Assembly: GCA_965248535.1 (NCBI GenBank) | Contig: CBDFJR010000002.1 | Location: 2,112,001-2,176,000, forward strand | DNA length: 64,000 nucleotides | Origin: Phormidesmis sp. | Lineage (GTDB): Bacteria; Cyanobacteriota; Cyanobacteriia; Leptolyngbyales; Leptolyngbyaceae | Direction of reading: 5' to 3' | Part shown: in pieces, positions 51,574 to 61,882 of the stretch | Numbering within the stretch: position 1 is the first letter of the stretch | Layout: every line of letters begins with the position of its first letter | Translations under genes and position numbers: made by a program | Notes under the pieces: generated by a model | The model's database searches: none | Seen by the model: the letters and a program-made list of their open reading frames with translations, nothing else | What the model was told of the DNA's origin: nothing

Positions 51574-53425
51574 ACATGGAAGCTAATTTTTGAGTAGTTG
51601 AAAGCAAAGCAGGCTTTTTCTGTGCAAGTGCTTCTAGGTCATCAATGACTCTGCTTTGCTCAGTTTTTTGATTGCCTAAGTATTGCTTAATCCTAATATA
51701 TGTTTGCTTCGCATCCTCTGTTTTTGCTGCTTGTAGTTGAGTCAAGCCAAGTAACCGCAGTGCGTTAATTTCTCTTGGGTTTTGCCTCAGAAACTGTTGG
51801 AGATCTAGGATCGCTTTCTGCATCTTCCCTTGCTTTAGATACATCCTTGCTCGATTGAATATGGCAATTTGTGCCGTACCAGTTTGTGTGGTTAACCGTT
51901 TTTCTATTGAATTATTGGTCACTTTATTAAAGGCTTGTTCTGCCTCGTTTAGTTGACCCAAAGCTGTGTAAAGTAAACCTTGGTCGTTCAGCGCTTCATA
52001 ATTAGTTTCGTTCTTCTCAATTGCTTTCTGATAAGCGCTGATAGCAATTTCACACTTCTCAGGATTTGGGCAGTTTGCTTGGTCGCGGACTGGAACATAC
52101 AACTTTCCTAACTCGTAGTAGGCAGTGGAAACCTTTTCTTTCGTAATCGAGTTATGCAAGTCTAGCTTCCTCAGCTCTATTTGACCCAAGACACTTTGTA
52201 AGATATTGATAGCATCCTGTGGGCGTTTCTCTGCTTTGTAAATGCTACTCAACTTGAAAGCAGCCATGACAGGAACAAGATCTGCCCAATCTTTTGTTTG
52301 AACCTCGAAGTCTACAGATTTATCGGTTGGGCTAGGGAGCTTACTAAGTGGAAGGGTTTTGACTTTGACAGAGGTGACATAGACATTTAAACTTGTTCCT
52401 GCTCTACGTCCCCAGATGATAACAGATGCATTCAACCGTGCGCTCTCTTCTTCGGCTTTGTCGAGTTGAGCAATCGGATCACTGATGTAACAAACTTTAA
52501 CATTAGGTAAAGATAGCGCCTTGAAACGTTCGCTAATATTCTCTTTTAATTGAGGATTGGTTGGATTACTGCTTGATTCGTTACTAAATTGAGCGAGGCC
52601 GATCGCTTTCTCCTGATTTTTCTCAGCCTCTCTAAAACACGCCGATTCACCCAACCCCAGTTGATCGCGAACTTGGGGAATTGATAGAGCGATCGCACCC
52701 AGTCCAAACACTCCTAATAGACTTGCCAGCACCCAAGCACGGAAACGATTAGACTTTTGACCAGATAACGCTAGAGGCGGAATTGTCCACTCAGCCAGAG
52801 CCGTCCAGGTGGTCGCAATCACCCGTGTAGGAATAATGAAGGCAATTTTGGCATCTGCACGGTTGAGATCAGCCGCCACCGCCATACCTACCACACCGCC
52901 AAGTTGCTCATCCCACACAGGCGCACCGCTATAGCCTGACTCTAATCGCCCCCCTGTTGATTTGACATCCTCAACTTGCACCCACCCTGTTCCTTGCCGT
53001 CCGCGCAAGATGCCTGTAGACCACAGCCCATCATCATGACCTACCGGAAACCCAAATGTCTGAAAAGGATGATTCCATAGATCTTCTTCTAGCAGAAGAC
53101 GCACAGGTTTTGCAGAAGCAGGTAAAGGGTCGTTAAGTTCCAGAACAGCAATATCTTCGTGACCTTGAGTAGAATTACCCCTGTCGGGAATGGGTCGCCA
53201 AAAAACGACCAGTGCTGTTAGTCGCACATCAGGAGCAACGAGGGGGAAGTCGAGAAAAATAGGTGCAGAAGGTCTTTGAGGCGCAGATTCTGAGATGCCC
53301 AAGGCTTGAGCGATGACGTGGGCACAGGTCAACACATACTTCTCATGAATGAGAAACCCTGCTCCAACAATTGCGCCAGTTGGTTTACGAATTCGGACGA
53401 TCGCGGCTTCAACAGATGCACTCAT
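51566..53425 (-). CDS. Trypsin-like protease - TM helix - TPR protein
   Basis: GAGF..VLTCAHV, EDIAVLEL, GYSGAPVWD; TM WVLASLLGVFGLGAIALSI; C-terminal TPR repeats. Confidence 0.85.
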   Translation of the reverse strand: MSASVEAAIVRIRKPTGAIVGAGFLIHEKYVLTCAHVIAQALGISESAPQRPSAPIFLDFPLVAPDVRLTALVVFWRPIPDRGNSTQGHEDIAVLELNDPLPASAKPVRLLLEEDLWNHPFQTFGFPVGHDDGLWSTGILRGRQGTGWVQVEDVKSTGGRLESGYSGAPVWDEQLGGVVGMAVAADLNRADAKIAFIIPTRVIATTWTALAEWTIPPLALSGQKSNRFRAWVLASLLGVFGLGAIALSIPQVRDQLGLGESACFREAEKNQEKAIGLAQFSNESSSNPTNPQLKENISERFKALSLPNVKVCYISDPIAQLDKAEEESARLNASVIIWGRRAGTSLNVYVTSVKVKTLPLSKLPSPTDKSVDFEVQTKDWADLVPVMAAFKLSSIYKAEKRPQDAINILQSVLGQIELRKLDLHNSITKEKVSTAYYELGKLYVPVRDQANCPNPEKCEIAISAYQKAIEKNETNYEALNDQGLLYTALGQLNEAEQAFNKVTNNSIEKRLTTQTGTAQIAIFNRARMYLKQGKMQKAILDLQQFLRQNPREINALRLLGLTQLQAAKTEDAKQTYIRIKQYLGNQKTEQSRVIDDLEALAQKKPALLSTTQKLASMFK

Positions 53426-53428
53426 TGA

Positions 53429-53758
53429 TTATGGGTGACGATTCCATTTCAAAGTGATTTCATAGTTTCCTTCAACACTGGCTGAGGCAATAATCGCGCC
53501 TGCTGCTGCGCTCATTTTCAGTCCAAACTTGACTTGAACTTCATCAGCAGGTTGGTTTAAGTTGCGAAGCTTGTTGATCAGGGTACTCGCGATCGGTCTG
53601 ATCCCGTCTAGTGCCATTTCAAAGGTCTGCTGTGACTTTTGCAAAAGCTCATCTTCTCGACCAATGCGGCGCATATTATCGGTTGCTTCTGACTCAGAAA
53701 CTTCCACTAAAACAGAGCCACCCCCTTCTAAAGGAAATTCTACTAAGTGCTTTGCCAT
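53429..53758 (-). CDS. Trypco1 (CU044_2847-family) trypsin-co-occurring protein
   Basis: MAKHLVEFPLEGGGSVLVEV...PADEVQVKFGLKMSAAAGAIIASASVEGNYEITLKW; 3 bp upstream of the trypsin gene; start trimmed to 53758. Confidence 0.85.
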   Translation of the reverse strand: MAKHLVEFPLEGGGSVLVEVSESEATDNMRRIGREDELLQKSQQTFEMALDGIRPIASTLINKLRNLNQPADEVQVKFGLKMSAAAGAIIASASVEGNYEITLKWNRHP

Positions 53759-54018
53759 GAAATGCCTTGCTGCTAGGGGACAAAAGTATGGAACGGTAAA
53801 AACGCAAAATGCGCTGATTACCTTAACGGGGTCGTTCTTCAATGAAGCGTGTGAATTTTGACTATGAGTATTTTGCCTTACGCAAAATGGCAGGCCGCTT
53901 TTTCCACTGAATATTTAATCTTTCTATCAAGGTCTCATAGGCTCTGCGAGAGGTGAAACTTTAACACTGTGAAGTAGCCTGTAAGCCAATGATAGAGGGT
54001 AAATGGCAGATTTTCCAT

Positions 54019-54867
54019 CTAAGCAATGTTAGCGTTCGGGGATTCTGAAAATCCGCCTAGGTCGTTATCTCGGTTTAACCAACCCACCAAAAAAACCTCC
54101 TGACTGGGGTTAGTGTCTACTCGTTGATTGCGATAATCGATGCGACCCTGGACAATTTTTTGAGCCGTTTGAGCCGTGTTATTCGCCAAAAGCGCGGTTT
54201 GAGTGCCGGGGCCAAAAATGCCATCGGCGCTGATGCCCAATGCTTCTTGAAGAAACTCGATCGCGCCTCCCACCCCAAAGTTAACCGCCGTATCGAAATG
54301 CACGATCGCTAACGGCAACACCATCAGCGCCGCTTGTGAGGGCTGCCAATACATTGAGAAATAGATATCGTGGACTTCGACATCGGTAATCAACTCTACC
54401 CCTTGAGTGGGTAATTGATTGTTGATGCGATAAGTGTTGTAGGTATCTTGGGTCACGCCCTTGTTAGTTGCCCCACCGGGATCATCGGGATTGTTCACAT
54501 AGCCGCCTTCCCACAGCAAGGTAAATTTAAGGGCAGTCGTGAGGGCATCAGGAGTGGGCTGTTTTTTGGCTTCTAGGGTCGGGGTTGTCAGCATCACAGG
54601 CGGACGCATCTCGATCAGCTTGCGGGCAAAGGTGGCTCCAAACACGCCCGTGCTGGAGTTGTTGAGGTGAACGGCTTTGCAGAAACGATCGAGGGCATCC
54701 TTGGTGGCTGCGCCAAATACGCCATCGATGGCGGTGCTGATGTCGGTTCCTTGCATAAACCCGATCGCGCTCAGACGAGTTTGCAGATCGGTGATGAGTT
54801 CTTTATCGCTGGTCAGTTTAGCGAGATTGACAACGGCATTGTGTTCGACTAAATCTTTTAGATGCAT
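54019..54867 (-). CDS. Peptidoglycan-binding domain plus GH108 lysozyme
   Basis: LQTRL...IDGVFG..T PG-binding motif; WEGGYVNNPDDPGGATNKGVT; FDTAVNFG; GWLNR. Confidence 0.88.
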   Translation of the reverse strand: MHLKDLVEHNAVVNLAKLTSDKELITDLQTRLSAIGFMQGTDISTAIDGVFGAATKDALDRFCKAVHLNNSSTGVFGATFARKLIEMRPPVMLTTPTLEAKKQPTPDALTTALKFTLLWEGGYVNNPDDPGGATNKGVTQDTYNTYRINNQLPTQGVELITDVEVHDIYFSMYWQPSQAALMVLPLAIVHFDTAVNFGVGGAIEFLQEALGISADGIFGPGTQTALLANNTAQTAQKIVQGRIDYRNQRVDTNPSQEVFLVGWLNRDNDLGGFSESPNANIA

Positions 54868-55037
54868 GGCTTAACCCTCAAACTTATGCGTATCTTGCCC
54901 CATAGCAGAAAGAGGGATTGATTTTTTGTCTAAAATTTAATATTTAATCACTAAAACCCAGTTTTTCTATCAGAGGTGAGACTGTAGAACGGGCTAAGTG
55001 ACGGTAATCTATCGTTGGAGCGACTAGAGATTTACTT

Positions 55038-56486
55038 ATGCAAATTCAAACACCAGACTGGGTTAAGCACGCGGTTTTTTATCAGATCTTCCCCGATCGC
55101 TTTGCCAAAAGTCAGACCTCACGCAAGCGGCTGCACCACCACGATCGCTGGGAAGATTGGCACACGATGCCAACGCTGCAAGGCTATAAGGGAGGGGATC
55201 TGTGGGGCGTAACCGAAAAGCTCGACTACATTCAAGATCTAGGCATCAATGCCATTTATTTCACGCCCATTTTTCAATCAGCTAGCAATCATCGCTACCA
55301 TACTCACGATTATTATCAAGTCGATCCCATGCTGGGCGGCAATGCGGCCTTTCATGAGTTTTTAGACGAGTCTCATCGTCGTGATATCAAAGTCGTTTTA
55401 GATGGTGTGTTTAATCATTCCAGTCGCGGTTTTTTCTTTTTTCATGATGTGTTAGAAAACGGCCCGCATTCGCCTTGGGTAGACTGGTTTAAAGTGTATA
55501 ACTGGCCCGTTAACGCTTATAACGGCGACTATCCTGCAAACTATGAGGGGTGGGACAATAACCGCGCACTGCCTGTGTTTAATCACGACAATCCTGAAGT
55601 GCGCGAATACATCATGGAGATTGCTGAACACTGGATTAAACTTGGCGTAGATGGCTGGCGGTTAGATGTGCCTTTTGAGATTAAAACCCCTGGCTTTTGG
55701 CAAGAATTTCGCGATCGTGTCAAAGCCGTCAATCCCGAAGCCTACATCGTGGGTGAAGTGTGGGGCGATTCTCGCCAATGGTTGGATGGCACACAGTTTG
55801 ATGGCGTGATGAATTATTTGTTTACTGGCCCTACGATCGCGTTTGTGGCGGGCGATCGGGTCGATTTAGCTCAAGTCCAAGGTCGCGACTATCAGCCCTA
55901 TCCCCCTCTATTTGCGGCGGAGTATGCTGAAAAAATTCAGGCTCTTTTAGGGCTGTATGATTGGCAGATTCAACTCACTCAACTGAATCTGTTAGCCAGT
56001 CACGATACGGCTCGTTTGTTGTCGATTGCGGGTAGCGATCGCCCCAGTGTTGAGCTTGCGACACTACTATTGTTAACTTTTCCGGGTGCGCCCAGCATTT
56101 ATTATGGTGATGAAGTTGGGTTGCCTGGTGCTCTCGATCCTGATTCTCGGCGCGGCTTCCCGCTTGAGGTCGATTGGGACTACAAAATCTTTGAGTGTCA
56201 CCGTCAACTGATTGCGCTGCGTCATGCTCATCCTGCTTTGCGATCGGGCGATTATAACGTTATCCACGCAGAGGGAACGGTGTATGTGTTTGCGCGCAGT
56301 CTAGGGGACGAGAAGCTAACGATCGCCATCAATGCAGGCACAACTCCGGCAAAAATCACGCTCAATCTATCAGATGGTCTAACCCATCAAAGCAAGCTGC
56401 TGTATGGCTCGGCTAACATTCAAGAGGTGGACAATGCTTATCTAGAACTCTATCTGCCGGAGCGATCGGGCTGTGTTTTAGGCTAA
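55038..56486 (+). CDS. GH13 neopullulanase/cyclomaltodextrinase-like alpha-amylase
   Basis: FYQIFPDRF, SNHRY, LDGVFNH, GWRLDV, GEVW, SHD, YYGDE. Confidence 0.92.
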   Translation: MQIQTPDWVKHAVFYQIFPDRFAKSQTSRKRLHHHDRWEDWHTMPTLQGYKGGDLWGVTEKLDYIQDLGINAIYFTPIFQSASNHRYHTHDYYQVDPMLGGNAAFHEFLDESHRRDIKVVLDGVFNHSSRGFFFFHDVLENGPHSPWVDWFKVYNWPVNAYNGDYPANYEGWDNNRALPVFNHDNPEVREYIMEIAEHWIKLGVDGWRLDVPFEIKTPGFWQEFRDRVKAVNPEAYIVGEVWGDSRQWLDGTQFDGVMNYLFTGPTIAFVAGDRVDLAQVQGRDYQPYPPLFAAEYAEKIQALLGLYDWQIQLTQLNLLASHDTARLLSIAGSDRPSVELATLLLLTFPGAPSIYYGDEVGLPGALDPDSRRGFPLEVDWDYKIFECHRQLIALRHAHPALRSGDYNVIHAEGTVYVFARSLGDEKLTIAINAGTTPAKITLNLSDGLTHQSKLLYGSANIQEVDNAYLELYLPERSGCVLG

Positions 56487-56591
56487 TCCGAAGACAGAGG
56501 CGGTTGTGTAGTGTAACCTACAATTTGGGAGAGGATTTTAAGGGTGATGTTGCCTATTGTTATTCCTAAGTTTTAGTTTGGGAGTAATAAT

Positions 56592-56936
56592 ATGACAGAT
56601 ATACAAGCTGGAAGCGGCCCGATCGGAGAGCCTTCTGAGAAGGCAAAGCCTAACCAAGAAGCCGATCGGGAAGCTGCGAAACGAGATGATGTAGACGAGA
56701 AAAACGAGAAGTTGCCCGCTGGGGTGACTGACCAGTTATTAGATGGTTCTGATCAGGTCTTTTTAGCGGCGTTCAAAAACTCTCAAAGCGATGGCTTGAG
56801 CGAGGAAGCGGCGATAAATGTCGCTTGGAACAGCGTTAAGCAGGGTTTTGAGCGCGGTCAAGATGGAAGCTGGCATCGCAAGCAAAAGCCCGGTGACCAA
56901 ACCATTAGTTCGGGCGTTGAGTCTAGCGCTAATTAG
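56592..56936 (+). CDS. ChaB-family protein
   Basis: LP..V...L....QVFLAAF.......EEAA..VAWNSVK..F.....G.W. Confidence 0.7.
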   Translation: MTDIQAGSGPIGEPSEKAKPNQEADREAAKRDDVDEKNEKLPAGVTDQLLDGSDQVFLAAFKNSQSDGLSEEAAINVAWNSVKQGFERGQDGSWHRKQKPGDQTISSGVESSAN

Positions 56937-57241
56937 TACAACAAGGCGGAATCTCGGCAACCGTAGGGTAGGCATCTTGCCTGCTCGTAGTCGAGAAGAC
57001 AGTGCATGTGAGGATAACTAGATTTACGCCACAGGCTCCTAGATTGATGGTTCATAAGTTACTTTCTAGCTCGTCTAACAAAAACATAAGCGTCATCGAA
57101 TAATTAGGTGTGTTGTGTATTCGTTACGGCATACCTATTTTTTTGTGAGTTGACAGGCAAGGTTAGAATAAAGCATTCCCTCACCAAGCAACGCCTAGTT
57201 GCTCTGATGGATATCACTATCAGTTTCAGAAGGAGGATAGC

Positions 57242-57502
57242 GTGACAACCTCTGCACTCAATTGGACTCCCGAACCGCAGCTTTTGCAACAGCTAACGGA
57301 TTTAGCGCAAAAGAGGGGACTCTCCCTTAACGTGTTGATGACAGAAGCGATCGTGGAATATCTAAATGCTCAAAAGTCCCCCGAATCAGTTCCTGAGAGT
57401 GATCCGCTAATCGGTTTATTTTCCGGCTCACCTGAGCTTGCAACGCAATCAGAAGCAATTTTGCAGCAGCAGATTACGCAGTCAGGTTGGACATGGAAGT
57501 AG
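57242..57502 (+). CDS. Putative antitoxin with ribbon-helix-helix-like N-terminus
   Basis: LTDLAQKRGLSLNVLMTEAIVEYL, DPLIGLF; AGGAGG RBS; overlaps the PIN gene. Confidence 0.75.
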   Translation: MTTSALNWTPEPQLLQQLTDLAQKRGLSLNVLMTEAIVEYLNAQKSPESVPESDPLIGLFSGSPELATQSEAILQQQITQSGWTWK

Positions 57503-57906
57503 CGATCGCTGACACAGGCTTTGTGGTTGCCCTGCTGAGTCAGACTGATGATAGACATACTGATGTGGTTCCCATCTACACTCAGCAATCTTCGATTCTG
57601 CTGCCCCAAACCGTTTTGGCTGAAGTTGCCTATTTAGTTGGAAGGGACTCTGGTATTAAGACAGTAGCTGCCTTTCTGCGAGGGCTGAATGTGAGCCGAT
57701 TTTGTTTGACAGCGTTGGTTGAGACAGATGTTGATCGAGTTGCTGATATTTTGCAAACCTACGCTGATAGCCGAATTGACTTTGTAGATGCTAGCGTAAT
57801 GGCGATCGCCGAGCGTTATGGAAGTACCAAAGTTCTCACCCTCGACCAGCGAGATTTTCGCTTGTTTCAACCCAATCACTGTGATAGTTTTGAGATTCTG
57901 CCATAG
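57487..57906 (+). CDS. vapC: VapC-family PIN-domain toxin
   Basis: IADTGF, VLAEV, DFVDAS, TLD.RDF; ATG at 57493 is the probable start. Confidence 0.88.
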   Translation: MDMEVAIADTGFVVALLSQTDDRHTDVVPIYTQQSSILLPQTVLAEVAYLVGRDSGIKTVAAFLRGLNVSRFCLTALVETDVDRVADILQTYADSRIDFVDASVMAIAERYGSTKVLTLDQRDFRLFQPNHCDSFEILP

Positions 57907-58128
57907 TAGAGCCATATTCAAGCACCTTCTGCGCACTCCTCTTGACTGAATTCGCTGATGGCGGTTCTGAAGGTACCGTTGTCGTTACGGACTGCGAAGT
58001 AGGAGTTAAAATAGAGCGGTGTAGACTTTGATTGCGTGAACCACCCACTACTTTTTCTTTGTTAGAAGACGAATAAATTAAATAACTTATACAACCGAGA
58101 AGACTTGCAAAATTAATTAGGTTTCAAG

Positions 58129-58800
58129 ATGGTTCGTCTTTCTGAAATAGCTGGGGTCATATTAAAACGCTGTCAACAAGTGGATGCAGAATCAAAGGCG
58201 GTTTTGGAAACTCTTATGGTTAGATGCAATACTCTTGTTGAATTACTATCTGAGTTAGTGGAAATAGAGGCTCCCGAATTAAGGGATTTACTGGAACCTG
58301 TCATAGATGAGATATTTGTTGATCTTAATCTGACTCTCACTTTAGCAATGGGAGAACAGTTTAAAGCAAGCCTAGTTCTTGCAAGAACATGTTTCGAGAG
58401 TTCCCTCTATATTTTATTTTTTATTGATCATCCTGTCGAGGCGAGGATGTGGGCCAATTCACAGAAAGACATGTCGTTTTCTTCTACCTTGGAAGAATTA
58501 ACAAGACCATCTTATATTAAAGCTGCTTGCAGATCAGAAAAAATAGATGTCGAGAGACTAAAATCAATATATGTAGATCTTGCGAGGGCATACCGAGAAT
58601 TTAGTGAAAGAGTTCATGGAAAATATAGTTTTTTGCAGACAGTAAAGACAACCCAAGAAAGCGGAAAAGATATACTTAAATCTTTCTCTAATCTATTGAA
58701 TGATGCAATTAAAAGTATTATAAATTTGGCAATCATTCGTCTAAATCGTATTGATTTTATTGAAGAAAAACTACCCAGTCTTGGCAACTACTATGACTAA
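58129..58800 (+). CDS. Hypothetical all-alpha protein, HEPN-like
   Basis: LARTCFES and YREFSERVHG (Rx6H / Y..xS..VH) motifs; AT-rich. Confidence 0.65.
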   Translation: MVRLSEIAGVILKRCQQVDAESKAVLETLMVRCNTLVELLSELVEIEAPELRDLLEPVIDEIFVDLNLTLTLAMGEQFKASLVLARTCFESSLYILFFIDHPVEARMWANSQKDMSFSSTLEELTRPSYIKAACRSEKIDVERLKSIYVDLARAYREFSERVHGKYSFLQTVKTTQESGKDILKSFSNLLNDAIKSIINLAIIRLNRIDFIEEKLPSLGNYYD

Positions 58801-60544
58801 TCAAGAGTCTCAATTAGACATTATTCGTGCAGAAGAGTTCACGAAGGAAGAATTTCTTGAATGTTTTTCGGAAACTTCTCGTGAAAGGGATATCATTGAA
58901 AAAATAAAGGGGCCAGGTGCACACCTTTTAGAAGGGCCTAGAGGTGTAGGTAAATCCAGCCTGATGAGAAAAGCGGAACTCGAATTAGATGAGGCATTTC
59001 AAAGAACTCGTTCTATTGGAGTCTATGTAAACTTTAAAGCCTCTCTCAGAGTCCAGACTGATCACTCAGGACTTGACTTTGATCCATTCTTATGTTGGGT
59101 TGCAGCGAAAGTCTTAGACGCTTTGTATAAGAAATGCAGGCAACTTGGCTCAATACAATCAAACCTAATAACAGAAAAATATCGTCGTTTATTAGCAGTA
59201 GATCAGTCTTGGAACCCAGCCTATTTAGAACGGACAATTCAGGATTTGCAGAGTTTAGCAATAGCATCTACAGATGAAGCAAAACGTAAAATTGAAAACC
59301 GTCTTCTAAGCACTGATTTAGAGCGATTTGCTAATGTAGAATCCGTAGCAGAATTCATTCTTGAGATAGCAAGAGACACATCTCTATCACGTATCATATT
59401 TCTTTTTGACGAAGCTGCTCACACATTTGATGAGCAGCAGCAAAAAATATTCTTTGGCTTCTTCAAACTACTACATGGAAGTATCATTTCAGTTAAGGCA
59501 GCTACTTACCCTGGTATTACTTCCTACGGCGGCAATTTTGAGATCGGTCAAGATGCTGTCCGTCTTAGTATAAATTCGGTTGATGAGCATTTACAATCCA
59601 GCCGTGATGAGCTTCGGAAGCACTTTAGAGATTTGTTAAGAAAGCGCATCCCAAGCTCAGACTTCAAAAAAATGACTCAAAGTGGAGAAGCTTTAGATTT
59701 ATTAATCTGGTTAAGCTATGGCAATCCTAGAGCTTTTCTGCAAGTAATTTCTAAGTGGCTCTCCAATGATAGGCTCTCAAAACAAAATGCACTCATAGCT
59801 TCAAACAACTATGTTGCAAACGAGCTAACTGCTTACCATCTAGGTTTGAAAGAAAGACTGCCCCGATTTTCTTCTCATATCGATCTGGGGATGACACTTA
59901 TAAAAGGGCATCTCGTTCCAGAGATACAAAGAAAAAATGAAGGTAAGGGAGACGATCCGAGAGTTCAAACCATTTACTTCACAATGGAATCGTTAATTCC
60001 TTATAAAGTGCAGCGTGCACTCTCTCTTTTGGAATACTCTGGATTTTTATCTCAGAAAGGTGTGGTCAAAATTAGAGGGCGAAGACAGGCCCCAAGGTAT
60101 GCTTTGAATCTAGGAGTTGCAGCAAGTGAAAAAGTTTTTCATAGTGCCTTTAGTGTAAATCCAGATGAGGCTATAAAAAGGCTAAACATTACTGACTATA
60201 GAGAGTTTTATACTAGCGATCCTCGCTTCCAGTCTCTTGCTGATAGTTATCAGGAGCTAGAAACTTGTCCTAATAAACATCCTCGACAAACTGAGGGTCT
60301 TTTCTGTCCTATTTGTGGGGCAAAATTTGAAGTTAATAGAGTGATTGAAAGGCTTTTAGAAGATTCTATAGATAGAGTAAGCATTACGTCGTTTCTAAAA
60401 CGTAAACTCAAGGATGATTTGAAGATCCAGACTGTTCGTGATGTGCTCGCATTCACCGAATCTGAATTACAGCAGGCACCTCTAATCGGTCCAAAAAGAT
60501 CTCGTACAATAGTGAATGCCGCAGAAGAATATATATCTGGATAA
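58793..60544 (+). CDS. P-loop ATPase (ORC/CDC6- or STAND-like) with Zn ribbon and C-terminal alpha-CTD/HhH-like domain
   Basis: Walker A GPRGVGKS, Walker B IIFLFDEA, YGNPRAF, CPNKH...CPICG, IQTVRDVL...EL...PLIGPKRS; ATGACTAA overlap with the upstream gene. Confidence 0.8.
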   Translation: MTNQESQLDIIRAEEFTKEEFLECFSETSRERDIIEKIKGPGAHLLEGPRGVGKSSLMRKAELELDEAFQRTRSIGVYVNFKASLRVQTDHSGLDFDPFLCWVAAKVLDALYKKCRQLGSIQSNLITEKYRRLLAVDQSWNPAYLERTIQDLQSLAIASTDEAKRKIENRLLSTDLERFANVESVAEFILEIARDTSLSRIIFLFDEAAHTFDEQQQKIFFGFFKLLHGSIISVKAATYPGITSYGGNFEIGQDAVRLSINSVDEHLQSSRDELRKHFRDLLRKRIPSSDFKKMTQSGEALDLLIWLSYGNPRAFLQVISKWLSNDRLSKQNALIASNNYVANELTAYHLGLKERLPRFSSHIDLGMTLIKGHLVPEIQRKNEGKGDDPRVQTIYFTMESLIPYKVQRALSLLEYSGFLSQKGVVKIRGRRQAPRYALNLGVAASEKVFHSAFSVNPDEAIKRLNITDYREFYTSDPRFQSLADSYQELETCPNKHPRQTEGLFCPICGAKFEVNRVIERLLEDSIDRVSITSFLKRKLKDDLKIQTVRDVLAFTESELQQAPLIGPKRSRTIVNAAEEYISG

Positions 60545-60622
60545 CTCACAAATCTTTGATGTAGGTGAATCGGCGCAATTGCGATCCACCCACTTTCAAC
60601 AATTCTGGCATCACGCCCGCAA

Positions 60623-61795
60623 TTACAGCTTGATCACGACTTTGATGCAGTCTTCTTTCTTATGCTTAAAGGTCTCGTAGGCCTTGGGCGCATCGTCGAT
60701 CGCGATCCGGTGCGTGATAATAAACGAGGGATCAATGTCTCCATTTTGAATGTGCTTCATCAAAGGGTCAAGATACCGATGGACGTGAGTTTGACCCATC
60801 TTCAGCGTTAGCCCTTTGCTAAAAGCAGCCCCAAACGGAATCTTATCTAAGATGCCTCCATATACTCCTGGGATTGAAACCGTGCCACCTTTGCCGCAGG
60901 CAACCAGGGCTTGTCTGAGGGCAGTCGGACGATCGGTTTCTAAACGAACGGCTTGCATGGCTTTGTCATAGAGAAAATCGGGGCCAGTGCCGTGAGCCTC
61001 CATTCCAACAGCATCAATGCAAGAATCAGGGCCACGGCCGCCAGTCATTTCTTTGAGAGCTTCTCCGGCATCCACTTCTTCGTAGTTGATCACCTCGGTT
61101 GCGCCCGCTTGCTCTTTGGCCATTTTTAGGCGCTCAGGAAAGCGATCGATCGCGATCACCCGTTCGGCTCCCAGCAAGAAGGCACTGCGAATAGCAAACT
61201 GTCCTACGGGGCCGCATCCCCAGATTGCAACCGTGTCTCCGGGTTTGATATTGCAGTTTTCTGCTGCCATGTAGCCCGTGGGAAAAATATCCGACAGAAA
61301 CAATACCTGATCGTCAGTCAACCCTTGCGGAACTTTGTATAAACCCACATCGGCAAAAGGAACGCGGGCATATTCTGCCTGACCGCCCGCATAACCGCCA
61401 AAAATGTGAGAATAGCCAAACAATCCAGCGGCTGAGTGACCATATAACGCTTCTGCCATAAATGCATTGGGGTTAGAGTTATCGCAGAGTGACCACTGAG
61501 CCGTTTTGCAGCTATAACAGTTTCCACATGAGATCGTGAATGGCACGACCACACGATCGCCAATGCTGAGATTTTTGACACCCGCACCGAGTTCGACAAT
61601 TTCGCCCATAAACTCGTGTCCTAAAATGTCGCCTGACTCCATGCTGGGAATGAATCCGTCATAAAGGTGCAGATCAGAGCCACAGATCGCGGTCGAGGTG
61701 ATTTTAACGATCGCATCACGAGGGTTGAGAATTTTGGGATCAGGAACGGTTTCTACTCGAACATCTTTTGCGCCGCGCCAGCAAACTGCCTTCAT
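60623..61795 (-). CDS. Zinc-dependent alcohol/formaldehyde dehydrogenase-like
   Basis: ICGSDLH, GHEFMG, structural Zn C..C..C.......C, GCGPVG. Confidence 0.93.
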   Translation of the reverse strand: MKAVCWRGAKDVRVETVPDPKILNPRDAIVKITSTAICGSDLHLYDGFIPSMESGDILGHEFMGEIVELGAGVKNLSIGDRVVVPFTISCGNCYSCKTAQWSLCDNSNPNAFMAEALYGHSAAGLFGYSHIFGGYAGGQAEYARVPFADVGLYKVPQGLTDDQVLFLSDIFPTGYMAAENCNIKPGDTVAIWGCGPVGQFAIRSAFLLGAERVIAIDRFPERLKMAKEQAGATEVINYEEVDAGEALKEMTGGRGPDSCIDAVGMEAHGTGPDFLYDKAMQAVRLETDRPTALRQALVACGKGGTVSIPGVYGGILDKIPFGAAFSKGLTLKMGQTHVHRYLDPLMKHIQNGDIDPSFIITHRIAIDDAPKAYETFKHKKEDCIKVVIKL

Positions 61796-61882
61796 CTGAG
61801 GGTGCTCCTAAATAAATAAAATGAGTTGGGTTATGGTCGATCGAGAGCGACTAGTGGAATATGATTGCTTCAGCGATTGAAG

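Noticed and set aside
54019..54867. Prophage lysis module suggested by the GH108 lysozyme
   Set aside because: No holin, structural, terminase or integrase genes nearby.
57073..57130. Possible attC (GTCTAAC...GTTACGG) before vapBC
   Set aside because: No complementary L''/L' boxes at the expected spacing, and the R boxes match poorly.
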